NCBI GenBank assembly: GCA_004431415.1
Contig: QPMI01000157.1
Span: 202,016-266,015, forward strand
Reading direction: 5' to 3'
From: Cyanophora paradoxa CCMP329
Lineage: Eukaryota > Plantae > Glaucophyta
Length of the DNA stretch: 64,000 bases
The position numbers and the translations under genes were made by a program. The notes beneath the pieces were generated by a model. The model made no database searches, was not told the DNA's origin, and saw only the letters and a list, made by a program, of their open reading frames with translations. Positions 48,202 through 59,691 of the stretch are shown in pieces. Each line of letters opens with the position of its first letter. Positions within the stretch are counted from its first letter, which is position 1.

Positions 48202-48375
48202 TTGTTACTGAGGCTTACTGAGATTTTACGTTTTGTTTTGTGTGGTTACTGTGAATGGTTTGTTTTTTATTTGGTTTTGTCGAAACGTTTGTGGAATATC
48301 GAAAAGTTTAAAGTTTATTCGATTTTATTACCATATATAATTTCGTGGGGCAGTATGCCCAATTTACATTTTTTT
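48202..48375 (-). repeat. Outer element right TIR (174 bp)
   Basis: Ends GCCCAATTTACATTTTTTT, followed by TSD TCGAGC. Confidence 0.95.
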
Positions 48376-48381
48376 TCGAGC

Positions 48382-50660
48382 GCTAGCTATAGCTCCGCGG
48401 TGCTCGATCGCGACCGCCGGACTTCTTGAAATTCAAATAAAAGCTTATATATGTGTTAGATTTTGCCATTTCGCCCTTGACTCGAGTCAGCAGCCCGACC
48501 CGACGCGGATTGCCTCGGCTATCAGCCTCCTTAGCATCTTGGCCGTCAACGTCCCCGTCAAGGCAAAGAAAGGTGATTATATAATTCACTGACCAGAGAT
48601 CTACTTTAAATGTGCATGTTGAAACTGATCTCGCGAGCAGGCAGCGAGTACGCGAAAGCGGTCCAGGTCCTCGCAACCAAGATCCGGGTTCCGCTTACTC
48701 TCGTTTAGTTATAGACTCTGAAGCTGCCTCTGAAGCCGCGCGCCACGCGCCCTGCGTGCGCAGCCCAAGGGCACGTCCGTCTTGGAGCCTGGTCTGCACA
48801 TTAATTTTGTTTAGCCCCTCTGGCAGCCCGGCGGCCGGTGCTTCGCGTTTGAGACGTATTGCACATGACACATGCACGTGCAATTGCACGTTGTTGGACG
48901 CAGATAAGCAGACCCCGATTAAAGCGCTCGATGTTATGATATCGTACCGGTGCGAGCATACGCGCCCTTATGCGATGTCGTGCGTTCATCACGAGCATAT
49001 AATTAAGCTGTTGTGCAGACGAAAACAGACGGATGAGATGGAGATAGTGACTAGCGTTCTGCAGAAACTAGATCTCACGGTTTGTATATTCTGCTAGTCT
49101 CTATTACATAACATGAGTACGTGCACGTGCTGGACTCTTAGCATTAGACGCAGTATTGGGTCGATGTGTCGCCGGAAAACGGCATTGATCAGGGCGTGCA
49201 ATGGTGCGCCCGTCTTCGCGTTTTTGTGTGAACAATTAATATTGATCTGTCACACTTGCAGGAGCAAGGCCATCGCAGCCGGTTAGAACTCTAGATCTGA
49301 ATCTTCAAATCTTCGTCAAAACAAACGCGGATTTAATATTTAATGTATACGTAAACGTGCCCGCGTTCGCGCAGCAATCAAGGGCGCTTCAACGATGGTG
49401 ATTCTGCTAACACCGGGTAAACCTTACATAATTACGTGTATATATATGCATATGCACACGGATATACATACTTATAAGTAGCTGTAGCTTTATCATGTAG
49501 GAATATCGATGTGCACGCGCAAATTTTCTGAATCTGACAACGATCTGCATTCGAATTCTCTTGCAGAATGGATCCAGTCGCAGTACTGGTTCGTTTGATG
49601 TAGATATACTTTTACTTTCGTTCACGATATACGTATACATCAATAAGCGCCGATGCGACGTTGGCCGGTGCACTCTCGCAGCATGGACGAGTTCGAGTAC
49701 GCATGCATGCAACGCAAGCGCATCGTGGTTGTGGAGCTGGAGCCTGTGTACCTCGACGAAGACGTCGTTGAAGACGACGCAGCCCGGCCTCCGGGGATCG
49801 CACCTCACTGTCGCCAGAAGAATTGTCTGGACGCCATCAACTCGTGGTGCATGGCTCCCTCCCCCCTACTCGAGCTCCCTCTCCCCCTCTCCCAGTGCAC
49901 TACTTACAGGCCTGCATGCGCAGGCAGAAGATACCTTTTTTGACACTGTACAGGCAGGACCTGAAGGCGCTACCCGAAGGACTCTCTTCCAATCCTTCGT
50001 ACAAACTGTCCTGCGAAGCCATGGACAAAGCCATTCGAGTGCGCGCTTCTACGTAAAAGGATCCGGAGTCTAACGTGCTGTACGAGTAGAATTTTCAATT
50101 TCCTGGCTGCAATGTTAGAGTTTAAATTATCCAACACACATAGTGCCTTCTTCTGAATTCGAATTGTCTCACGTTCACACATTGTACATGTGCCTTGAAT
50201 CTGTCGACGTCTAATACACGTTGTGCATTTCAGCTCGACGCAGAGGCTGCAAGGTTGCACACGATACTCGCACTTCGCGCGGACAAGTACAAGCAAGGCG
50301 CTCGAGATTTTTGCCGGCTTTAACTGTGCGGCTTTTTCAGTTTCTCTCACGTAAAATGTTCTTTGCAGAGCTGGGCATCAATCCTGGAATCAAGTGGTCG
50401 GATGTCAAGGACGTTAATCTGAAAGACATCAAAAAAGATAAACGCACCAATGCTGAGGCTATGCTCCTGGTTCGGTTTATAATTAGCTTTATTTTAGGTT
50501 TATCATATCCCACCGTGACAAGTAATTGCCTTCTATGTTCAGCACGGCTACGCGCTGCAGGAGGCCTTCGAATGGCTGGAAAAGGCGGACCGCGAGTTGG
50601 CGAAGAAAACGAACTACACAGTGGGCGATATTATTTAGCCTATCAACATTTGTAATTCTG
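48382..50660 (+). CDS. Host TIR-domain gene, 3' part with domain 2; end approximate
   Basis: Spliced reading DVMISYR...YWVDVS...SKAIAAAIKGASTMVILLTPEWIQSQYCMDEFEYACMQRKRIVVVELEP; GT-AG introns keep the frame across the SKAI...ELEP part. Confidence 0.72.
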
Positions 50661-51102
50661 TACGGGCTCATTGCACGCTCATTACTTTCCGCCAGATGGC
50701 GGACATGTTTCACATTCCGACCTCAATTTCCCGCCTCTGGTCCTGGCGATCGGGGTTTAATTTGAAGCGGGGCATCGGCGCTAGCGATTCGACCCATAAA
50801 AGTGCAAAAGCACACCCTGGATCCCTGAAGCCGACTCCCGAACAGGTCGGAAATTCTCTTGCTCTCTTCGGAACAAGAACAGAATGCGCTCATCCCCCAA
50901 TCCCTCGATTCGTCGGCATGCGCAGGTTGTGCTCATCCACCACAGCTTGAAGCATGAAGTTCACAAGAAACGGACGAGTACAATCGTTTGGACCGGCGTT
51001 GGGGCAGGCGAGCTCGAAGATTTGATTCAGTTCGATTCACGAATTCACGAATCGGAATATTCGATCCAGTTTATAATTAATTTGATTACAAACTTGCTAA
51101 AA

Positions 51103-54100
51103 ATGAAATGCGCAGCGCTACTAGTGGCCGCCATCATTTCCATTGTTTTCGCGGGTGCGACTCCTGTTGCGCGCTTGTGCGATCCCATGGCATCGTTTGA
51201 CATTTTTGCTTTGCAGTCAGAGCGGACCAGCAAAAGAACGAGGCAGAGACTCAGTCACGGCGCGCCGCAGAGGAGGCGCAGCGAGCAAAGGAGCAGGAGG
51301 CGCTCGCGACCCTCAACGCGGCGAGGGCGCTCAACGCCTCCCTTTTAGCCGATCAGCGAGCCAACGAGGCGCTCGCCAACCTGCTGCGTGCTACGCTCGC
51401 GGAGGCGGAGGCCAAGAATCAGAGCGCTATTGCGAGAACAAACGAGTTACTTGCGCTCGCCGCTCAAAACGAGACCGCAAAGGCGCTCGTTGCGACACAA
51501 GCCGCGCAGAGTGAGACCGCGAAGGCGCTTGTCACGGCGCAAGTCGCGCAGAACGAGACTGCCAAGGCGCTCGTCGCGACGCAGGCGGCCCTTGCCGAAG
51601 CGCAAGACCGGCAGGCGATCTCCGCGGCGCTCTCCAACAGCGGGTCGGACCCCGAGTCTGCCCTGCTCTTTGCAATGGAGGCGCTCGCGTCGGCGGTCAC
51701 ACGCACAAACGCGGCGCTGACGACCGCCGCCGAGTCGACGCTCCGCTCAGTCCTCGAGTCGAGTGCAAGCGACTACCTCTGGACGGGCGCTTCGAACACT
51801 GCCCGACGCCGCGCGCGTTCTTTGCTTGAGGTAGAGAGCTTCACAATTGCCGACTTTGCCACGAGAAATACTTTCTACGATTTTCAGGTTCTCCGTTATT
51901 AAATTGTTACTTCATCGCTCTCGACCTCACGCACTGTAAGACATTTACTGCTACATCCCCACGTGGGAGTTTCACGGTCTTTGCGGGGGTCGGTGTGATC
52001 GCTCCAACTACCACCGTCACCGACATTGATAATCCTGTTCAAACTTTCCAGGTAATTATAGCTCGATTCTGCAACGCTAATAACGTCGACCCTGTCCGAA
52101 TAGATGCACCTGCTGGGACAAGTTTACGATGACTCAAACATATTAGTCCACACAATCAAGGATGTTCTTGTCGGCTCTGCCAACAAGTCCAGCTATTGGG
52201 CCTTCTCGATGGGCACGATCCGCTTCTTCATCGACGACTACGGCGACGTCATGGTGCATTATATACGATTGCAGATCCGAGAGGATCTGCCAGGCAGGAT
52301 CTGCCAAAGCTTTTCTAAGAGTTCTATTCAGATGCATGTAAAGCGTCTCGGGCCCGAGATGCCAGTCTGCTCCAACCTTCCGAAAGACGCCGATGGGGCC
52401 GGTATAGGGTGCGTTTTCTTCTGATCATTGAAGGTAGTTGATTGCATGCATCGTTTAGCTATGAAAATTACCTTCATACAGATGCGTTCCACGCACCACC
52501 TCGACGGTCTTTATCTACAGTAAACGGCGCCCAGACGAACGAGGCTGCCTTAACAAGGACAGCACGAGCTCGATTGCGAGTACCAGCAGTTTCCTGCTTG
52601 AAACCCATGATATTTTCGTTGGTTCGTGTACTTTGCACGTGACTGATTAATATTCGCAACATCTGATTGTCTTCCTACTGATAAATAATGTCGACATATG
52701 TCAGCATCGAACCTTGTCTTGTTTTTCACGGGAGAGACTACGGGTATAAAGCCGTGGCGAGGCGTGGAGGACATATTCAACAATACGGACACGGCGAAGG
52801 GAAACGCGAGGCCACGAAATATGATGCGCATCCATCGTGGGCAGCTCTCGTTTGCTGATGCCCAGGTTTTGTACCAAGGTTCGCGCCTCCGAGCTGCCAC
52901 AAATATTATTTATAAAGCTTAACCTCGTCAGGCTATCTACCAAACACGCCGGAGCTCTGCCACTTCACCGCCGAATCGTGGATTTCAGTAGAGCTACCGG
53001 AAAGCGCCGTTCGCGCCTGGGAAGACCCAGCAGCTAAGCCGGAGGAGTGGCTGGCAGAAATGGCGTTCGGTTACTCATTTCCGTTTCCGGTTGCGGCCGC
53101 ACAACGCACGTGCACCCGCAACGGAGTTCAGTATCTCGCAGCGGCGGTTCTGACTGGAAAGGATGTGGTTGAGTGGACGTCGTTTATTGACCCTTCCAAG
53201 CATTATTCTGGCGACTCCAGCCGAACGCTAACAGTCGTTCTCGTCCCAATATCGACAATGGTAGACGCGAGCAAAACATCCACGGACGTGTCCAACTCCA
53301 TGCAGCTGAAGGAAAGCGTCGGCCTCGTATACGACTCCGCTTCAGACACTGCGGAAACAAGTGAATCGAGAGCGCGATTCTACATCCATAATCTTGGCGG
53401 GTACTCGTTCATGGTTGGCTTGACGGACCTCGACGTTTCCGAAGACTGCTTGTTCATCGCGGGGGTCCTGCAAGTCCACGGTCCAGGCTATGTTTACAAC
53501 CCTTGGAAGCTTTTCGGCTACGGCAGTCCTGCTTTAGCGTACCATCTTGTCAGGTGCAGGGCTTGTCATTATTCTATATATAAGCTATATATGATGTTTT
53601 TAAGAACTTCGTTATGATAGCATCAATGCATATGTGCATCACTTTTTGCTGACATTGACATTAGAGCGGGGCTTACATGGGAGAGCGGAAGCCTCGCTCA
53701 GAGCGCTGCGTGGATGTACGTCAGCCCGATTCACAGTTCTTTGCGGAACTTTGCTTCTCTCACGTGCTGGGACGTCGATGCATCTAATGTGTGGCGGTCG
53801 AGAGTCGAATTAGATGGAGGATCCCCATGCATGTTCACAAAGCGCATCAACCCCGATTTTTTCAACGAGGATTCTTACAACATCAAGGCAGCTGATCCAG
53901 ATCTCATTCTTCTCGGAATCGTCATGGACGATCTGGACAACAAGACGATGGGTGCGGGTCAGCCCACGGGCGGCTATGGTGCGCTGCTCCTTCGCAAAGC
54001 GCAGCACAAAACTGGGAGTCTATGTGTCCGCCAACAGCTGGTATTCATGCCATTCTCAACTAGTCTCGCCTCATCCTTCCGGTGCGGCCGATCGCGCGCG

Positions 54101-57100
54101 CAATCGTACGCGCCTGTCATATATTTTCGAATCCTTTCGCAGGAAAATTGCCGAGCTGGATTGCGGTGTTGAATATACCGGCTCGCCACATGACCTCCGC
54201 CGGAAAGCAATGTCGGTGCGCATGCATATGCGGGGCGGGTGCAGCTCGGAGTGCATGCATACACATGAGCTTCACGCAGGTCTCTATAATTAGCGGAGGG
54301 CCCTTTATAGCAGTGGGCGGCTCCGCTGGGGAAATCGAGTTCCACGACTTGCGAAGCCCTCAAGACCTCCAGACGACAAAGACGGTTTGCATTCGAACGA
54401 ATTCTTACGACGACACATGCTGAGTCTCGGTTCAGGCCGAGGTGATCTCTCTGTCGGGTAGAGTTCGCACAATCAAGAACATCCAGCTCGACTCCGGGCC
54501 GCTTCTCATCGCTGCAGATGACGTGGGCAACTTCGCGCAACTGGCTCTAAAGCGCTCGACCTCTGAGACTCCTATTCGGAAGAAGGTTATGATCACGATC
54601 GCTTTCAAATTGATTGCTTTAAATTTTAAGCCCGGCACTGAATGCACGTTAACGCTGGCAGGGTCCCAACGTCCTTGACGCCGAGATCGCCAATAACGGC
54701 GACGCCACCGTGCTGGATCCGGCTAACACAACGTGGTCCTGGATAACGAAGCTGGACGCATCTTTCGCCAACTTCGACAGCCTCGGGCCGAACCGCGCTA
54801 TCTTCCTCAAAAGCTCCACAATGTGCCATCTTTTCCTGACTGGACAAGAGCGCGCGGTGTATTGGGACGTGGATTCTGCCGGCGGCACAGTCGCATCCAG
54901 GAGTCAGCTCACGCAGCTGATTAAACCGTTCGGACTCAGGGCACTCCAGCACACTCTCGGCAACGACGGATCCAGGAAGCGCGCCACATATATTAAGACT
55001 CATTCATCACGCGCAAGCTCACTGTGGCGGGCTTTAGATCCACGGTTTTGGACGGAAGTTTGTGTGATGATTGCAACGACAACTCCAAAAACTATCGCTG
55101 TACGTCCTGCAGCTGCCATGCCCGTGAGGAAGTTTCTGGGCTACCATGATCATACGCACAGTTTTCGGAGTTCACCAGCCGACTGGCAATCTGATGGCTC
55201 TTAGTGCGAAGGGAGGCACACTCTTCACAGGCGATAGCGTCGCTTGTGCGAACAACCAGGCGTCGCGCATCGCCTCGTCGAGCACCTGGTATCACCAGTT
55301 TTCGCAATTGCTGTGCTGACCGTTTGATGATTCTGTTCGAATTCGAAGGGCTTGGAAGACAAACCCAGAGGCCCTTCCGTGGACTGCGACTCGGGATGCA
55401 GTGGTCGCTAACGCACCGAAGGTCATCTTCTCCGATGCTTTCGCGCCGTTTATGGGCGCAGCGGCAGCGCCCCCGACGGACGGGCTCAATACCGTTGTTT
55501 CCTCCACTTTCTATTATTTCCTGGAGAGTTCCTACTCTGTCGCAACGTCTTCCGGCCCCGCCAATGCGGACGGTGACCTCAGCCTTCCTGCACAGTACTT
55601 TCCAAGCTCGCAGGAAAATTCCGAGCCGCTGGCTTTCTACGAGTCCAGCTGGGCTGCAATGGCGGGCGTTCTCTACCCGCTCCAGGAGGTGGGCGCGGTT
55701 TTGAAGCTTAAGTGGGGTTGAATTACAGTACAAGTCGATCGCTGACGCGAATCTGGTTTTCCTCCAGGGCGTCCCAGTCCCTAATTCAGCGGTTTCCGTT
55801 TTTGAAATGAATCCCGCACTCAGGAGCGCGTTCGTGCCCAAGCAGAAGGACCATCCCGACGTTTGGTCTGTCTTCCTGAATGCCGACGACTCTTTCAAAA
55901 CTCCCCCGAATCCCGACGTTGCTGCGACATCATATCCATATGTGCACTTGACAGGTTCGCCGGCCGTGCCATTGCAATTCGCAACGTTGCCTTGGCCGCA
56001 TCTGAAAGTTTTCCAGACGTGCAGCATGCGGCGGGATTTGCTGGCGACGGACTCAACTGCGTCTTTTGCTTCTCCTATGTAAACTTTGCCACCGTGAACT
56101 TTGCGTGAACGCATGTATACGGCCTCTAACTTCGATGCGCTTGTCACCGCGGCGCAGTTCTATCACGCGGCGCAGGGAGCTCGGCAAGTGTTTTGGGACA
56201 AATATGTATACAACAACCAGGACAGCAATGAAAAGTGTATGAGCAATCCTAGCTATACGTGCCTTTTTCAACAGGATAGGAGTCACAGCGCCGCGGAGCG
56301 TGTCGTCGTAACTTTGGCTTCTCGTCCATCCATCACGGTTAGTTTGCTTCTCGTTGACTCTAAAAATCTGAGCGGCTGGCTGCCGCAGTCCTCGGCGTGG
56401 ACGCCGTCGAGCAGCGCCTTCGTGCCCAGCTGGAGCGGCCCCAAGCAGCGCGCCTGCCGCAGGGTCCTCTTCTGGGGCTCCGTCGCCGTCCTCGACATGC
56501 GCGCCGCCGTCCTCGCCGTCCCCGTCGTCGACGGCGCGCTCGACACCGGTCGGAGCGTGCAGGTCGAGCAGAGGACGCGCGCCGCCCCGCCCGACGCCAC
56601 GCTGCCCGACCCGCCCTGCGACGCCGAAGGCACCGGCAGCGACCTAAGCTCCACCGTTACCTTAGACCCCGACGCTGAGGCGCCAGTTTGTACGAAGTAC
56701 AGAGAGGCGAAGAACCGAGTTGTTAAGAACCAGCGGAACGGGCCTGGGTTTCCGGACGCTTCGGTGTACGTTTCGACGACTTCTTTCCTCTGGATTGTCG
56801 ACGCGACGGGCGCGCGAGCCTATAAAACATTCGAGGCACTGTCGAGCCGTCCTCAGACTCCGGACATCTTCATCGAATTCTCGAAATATCCGCCTCGTGC
56901 TTCCCGGAATGGTTTGACCCGCACAACGCTCCGCGCCGCGTCCTCCATTCACAATCTCTGACATGTGCGGCCTTGGACGACTTCCCTTGCAGGCCGATAT
57001 GTCGCGGTATGGAAGACCGCCACTTTTCTTCAGGTCCGATCTAGATCTGCACGGTTCTAGATCTGCTGCTGTGCATGCGCTCCACGCGTACGAAGTTCTC

Positions 57101-58135
57101 ACTTCGAATCCGCTCGCAGATCTACGACCTCGACCTAGGCGATGGAGCAGTAGACTATGCCCGGCCCGTCCCGGTCGACGCGTCCTATGTCAATGTCCTT
57201 GCGCCCCTCCCGGCCTACGTCTCCATCTCCGACGACGGGTGTGCATTTTCGAAAACGAAAATTTATTGAGTTCCTTTCGAATTTCCTGGACTACCTGCAG
57301 GTCGTACATTGCTATCCGCTACCTCACGCCCGACGCAAAGTACGCGGTCCGAGTTATGGACGTGTCACGAGAAACTTTGCTGCGGGCCAGCTGCGGCGTT
57401 GTCAGCCGCGGCTTCGACGCCGACGAGCTGGCGGGCGTCTACGGTTCCTCGTTCAACCGCTCCACCCGCGTCGCCACAACCGCCTGCTCCGGCTCCAGCG
57501 CCAGCCCCGCCACGCAGCGCGTCCGGCGGCCTTCGTCCAGTGCTTTGGGCTCCGTTGCTCGGGATCCTCCCAGCAAGCCGGTCGTGGAGGCGGGGTCGTG
57601 GAAAGGGACGGAGCTGCGCGTCTTCGTGTACAACCGCCGCAGCGGCGACGCGCTCGCGACGGAGGCGAACGTGACCTGCGTGCCCGACGCGGCGGGCGCC
57701 AAGGTTCTGTCGGGCGCGGCACCCATGAACTTCAGCATCCAGCCGCGCGTCGAGCGGCGCATCGCCACGTATGGCGAATCTCTTGCCTTCTGGAACCCCA
57801 ATCTCTACTACATGCACCGCTCCGTCCCGCCGCACATCGTCGCCGAGTTCCTGTTCACGGACGCGACGCCCGACACGACGTACACGTGCACGGCGAGGGT
57901 GAAGAGCAGCGCCGGTTTTGGCGATGCAGCGACAGTGGCGGCCAAGACTCAAGCGGCAGCGTACCTGGGCCCGCCGTCTCCGCGGTCTTCCAGCGTGTCC
58001 AAGAATTCATACTGCAAAGCGGTCGTACAGTCGAATGCAGCCGCGTCTGGGCAATGCCCGGTAGCGACTCCGCTACCCACCGGCGTGCCAACGTTGACGC
58101 CCTCGCCTTCCCCTCCTCTGCTACCGGAAATCTAA
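51103..58135 (+). CDS. Host multi-exon gene: large secreted/surface protein with signal peptide, Ala/Gln/Glu coiled-coil repeats and C-terminal FN3-like segments
   Basis: MKCAALLVAAIISIVFAGA; repeated AQNETAKALV units at ~51460-51580; LTPDAKYAVRV and TPDTTYTCTARVKSSAGFG; Pro/Thr-rich tail. Confidence 0.5.
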
Positions 58136-58875
58136 ATCTTCTCGAGCTTTAATTTCGTTGATCATGACCATGACACTAATGTACATGTTGATAATCTTAG
58201 GCTCTTAAGCATTTGTGTTGCAATTGATCATGATACTTAAGCTTGCAATTGTTGATAGCTTAATTTTGTAGAAGTGTCGCATTGATGCTTGCAAACAAAA
58301 TTGCCTTGAAGGGCAGGTGCACGTGCGATTGATTTAGATCGATATCTCCTAGAAAGGCCTCAGGGTTGTTGTTTTCTATGTAAACATCTCCTCGAATTTA
58401 TTCAGCTGCAGGCTGAGCTCGCCTGAGTGAAACTCGATTTATCGCTCCTACGTAAAACGTCATTTTCAGCGAGAACGTACGTATACTAGCTACATAGCCA
58501 TATAGCCAATGTAGCTTTATATATACAGGCCTAGGTATCATATAAACACCGATTGTTTTGTGCGCACTGTTTTTCTGATTTTTCAGACTCATGATCAGAC
58601 TCATATGCATAATCGATCAGAGTCTCGTTGGCATCACCTCCAGCCGCCGAGTCTGCAATTGTTTCGCATTCGCCGAGTACCCAGGACGTCGACCATAGCT
58701 AGAAGACACCCCCATTGAATTTTAGATTAATCTGCATGTGCAATCTGAAAGTAATTTTGCATTGATCATAATAAACAGCAACGGACGACCCATCAGAATC
58801 ATCTGAGCTTCAAGCTAAGACGACCCAGGCCACCAGCAACAGTACGTATATATACACCGTGCACGTGATCAGTCA

Positions 58876-59125
58876 GTCAGTCAGGGCTCATGGGGGATGG
58901 AGGAGTTGATCAAGGGGTGGGCGCGCGGGTCTGGTTACGGCTATCACCGAAAACCATGGCTCCCCCACTCAGGCGAACCTCCCATATTGAGCGACCCATG
59001 GCCGGCACCTAGCTAGCATCTTCGGCTAGATAGATGATCGGTCGGAAGGGCGCGTCACGTAGAACATTGATACATGTGCCGTGGTGTATCAATGCGACGT
59101 CCACTTTTGCAAAAACCAAAAATAT
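58876..59125 (+). mobile_element. Short retroposon-like insert, copy 1 (5'-truncated), 20-bp TSD
   Basis: TSD ACCGTGCACGTGATCAGTCA at 58856-58875 and 59126-59145; A-rich tail; body shared with 59362-59602. Confidence 0.65.
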
Positions 59126-59255
59126 ACCGTGCACGTGATCAGTCATGATCAGTCATGATCAGTCAGTCGACGTCAGTCTCTGAGATATCCATCTAGATCC
59201 CGATTTAGATATCAATCTGATCGATATCATGATTAATATTCCATCAAACTGGCCG

Positions 59256-59604
59256 GGGTCCTGGGGCGAAGGTGAGGAGGAGGGAGGAGGCGGAATGAGG
59301 AGGAGGAGGGGTCGCGGAGCGGCGGCAAGGGAGGGCAACGGACTGCGGGACATTTCACTTCCAGGGCTCATGAGGGATGGAAGAGTTGATCAAGGGGTGG
59401 GCGCGCGGGTCTGGTTACGGCTATCACCGAAAACCATGGCTCCCCCACTCAGGCGAACCTCCCATATTGAGCTCGAGCGACCCATGGCCGGCAACTAGCT
59501 AGCATCTTCGGCTAGATAGATGATCGGTCGGAAGGGCGCGTCACGTAGAACATTGATACATGTGCCGTGGTGTATCAATGCGACGTCCACTTTTGCAAAA
59601 ACAA
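59256..59604 (+). mobile_element. Short retroposon-like insert, copy 2, 18-bp TSD
   Basis: TSD ATTCCATCAAACTGGCCG at 59238-59255 and 59605-59622; ~106 nt longer at the 5' end than copy 1. Confidence 0.65.
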
Positions 59605-59691
59605 ATTCCATCAAACTGGCCGCATCATCTAAATCTGATCCGAAAGCTCCATCCGCCGCGTGGACTGCCCACAGCGCCGCTGGAGTCGCGG

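Larger units (their letters stand above)
25295..48375. mobile_element. Outer endogenous Polinton-like virus (pPolB type; ~11.4 kb once the nested element is removed)
   Basis: 174-bp TIRs; 6-bp TSD TCGAGC (25289-25294 and 48376-48381); AT-rich and intronless; encodes integrase, pPolB, penton, MCP and ATPase. Confidence 0.95.

Noticed and set aside
25295-48375. Classification as a bona fide virophage or canonical Maverick
   Set aside because: No cysteine protease was recognised and the MCP is short (408 aa); left as Polinton-like pending phylogeny.
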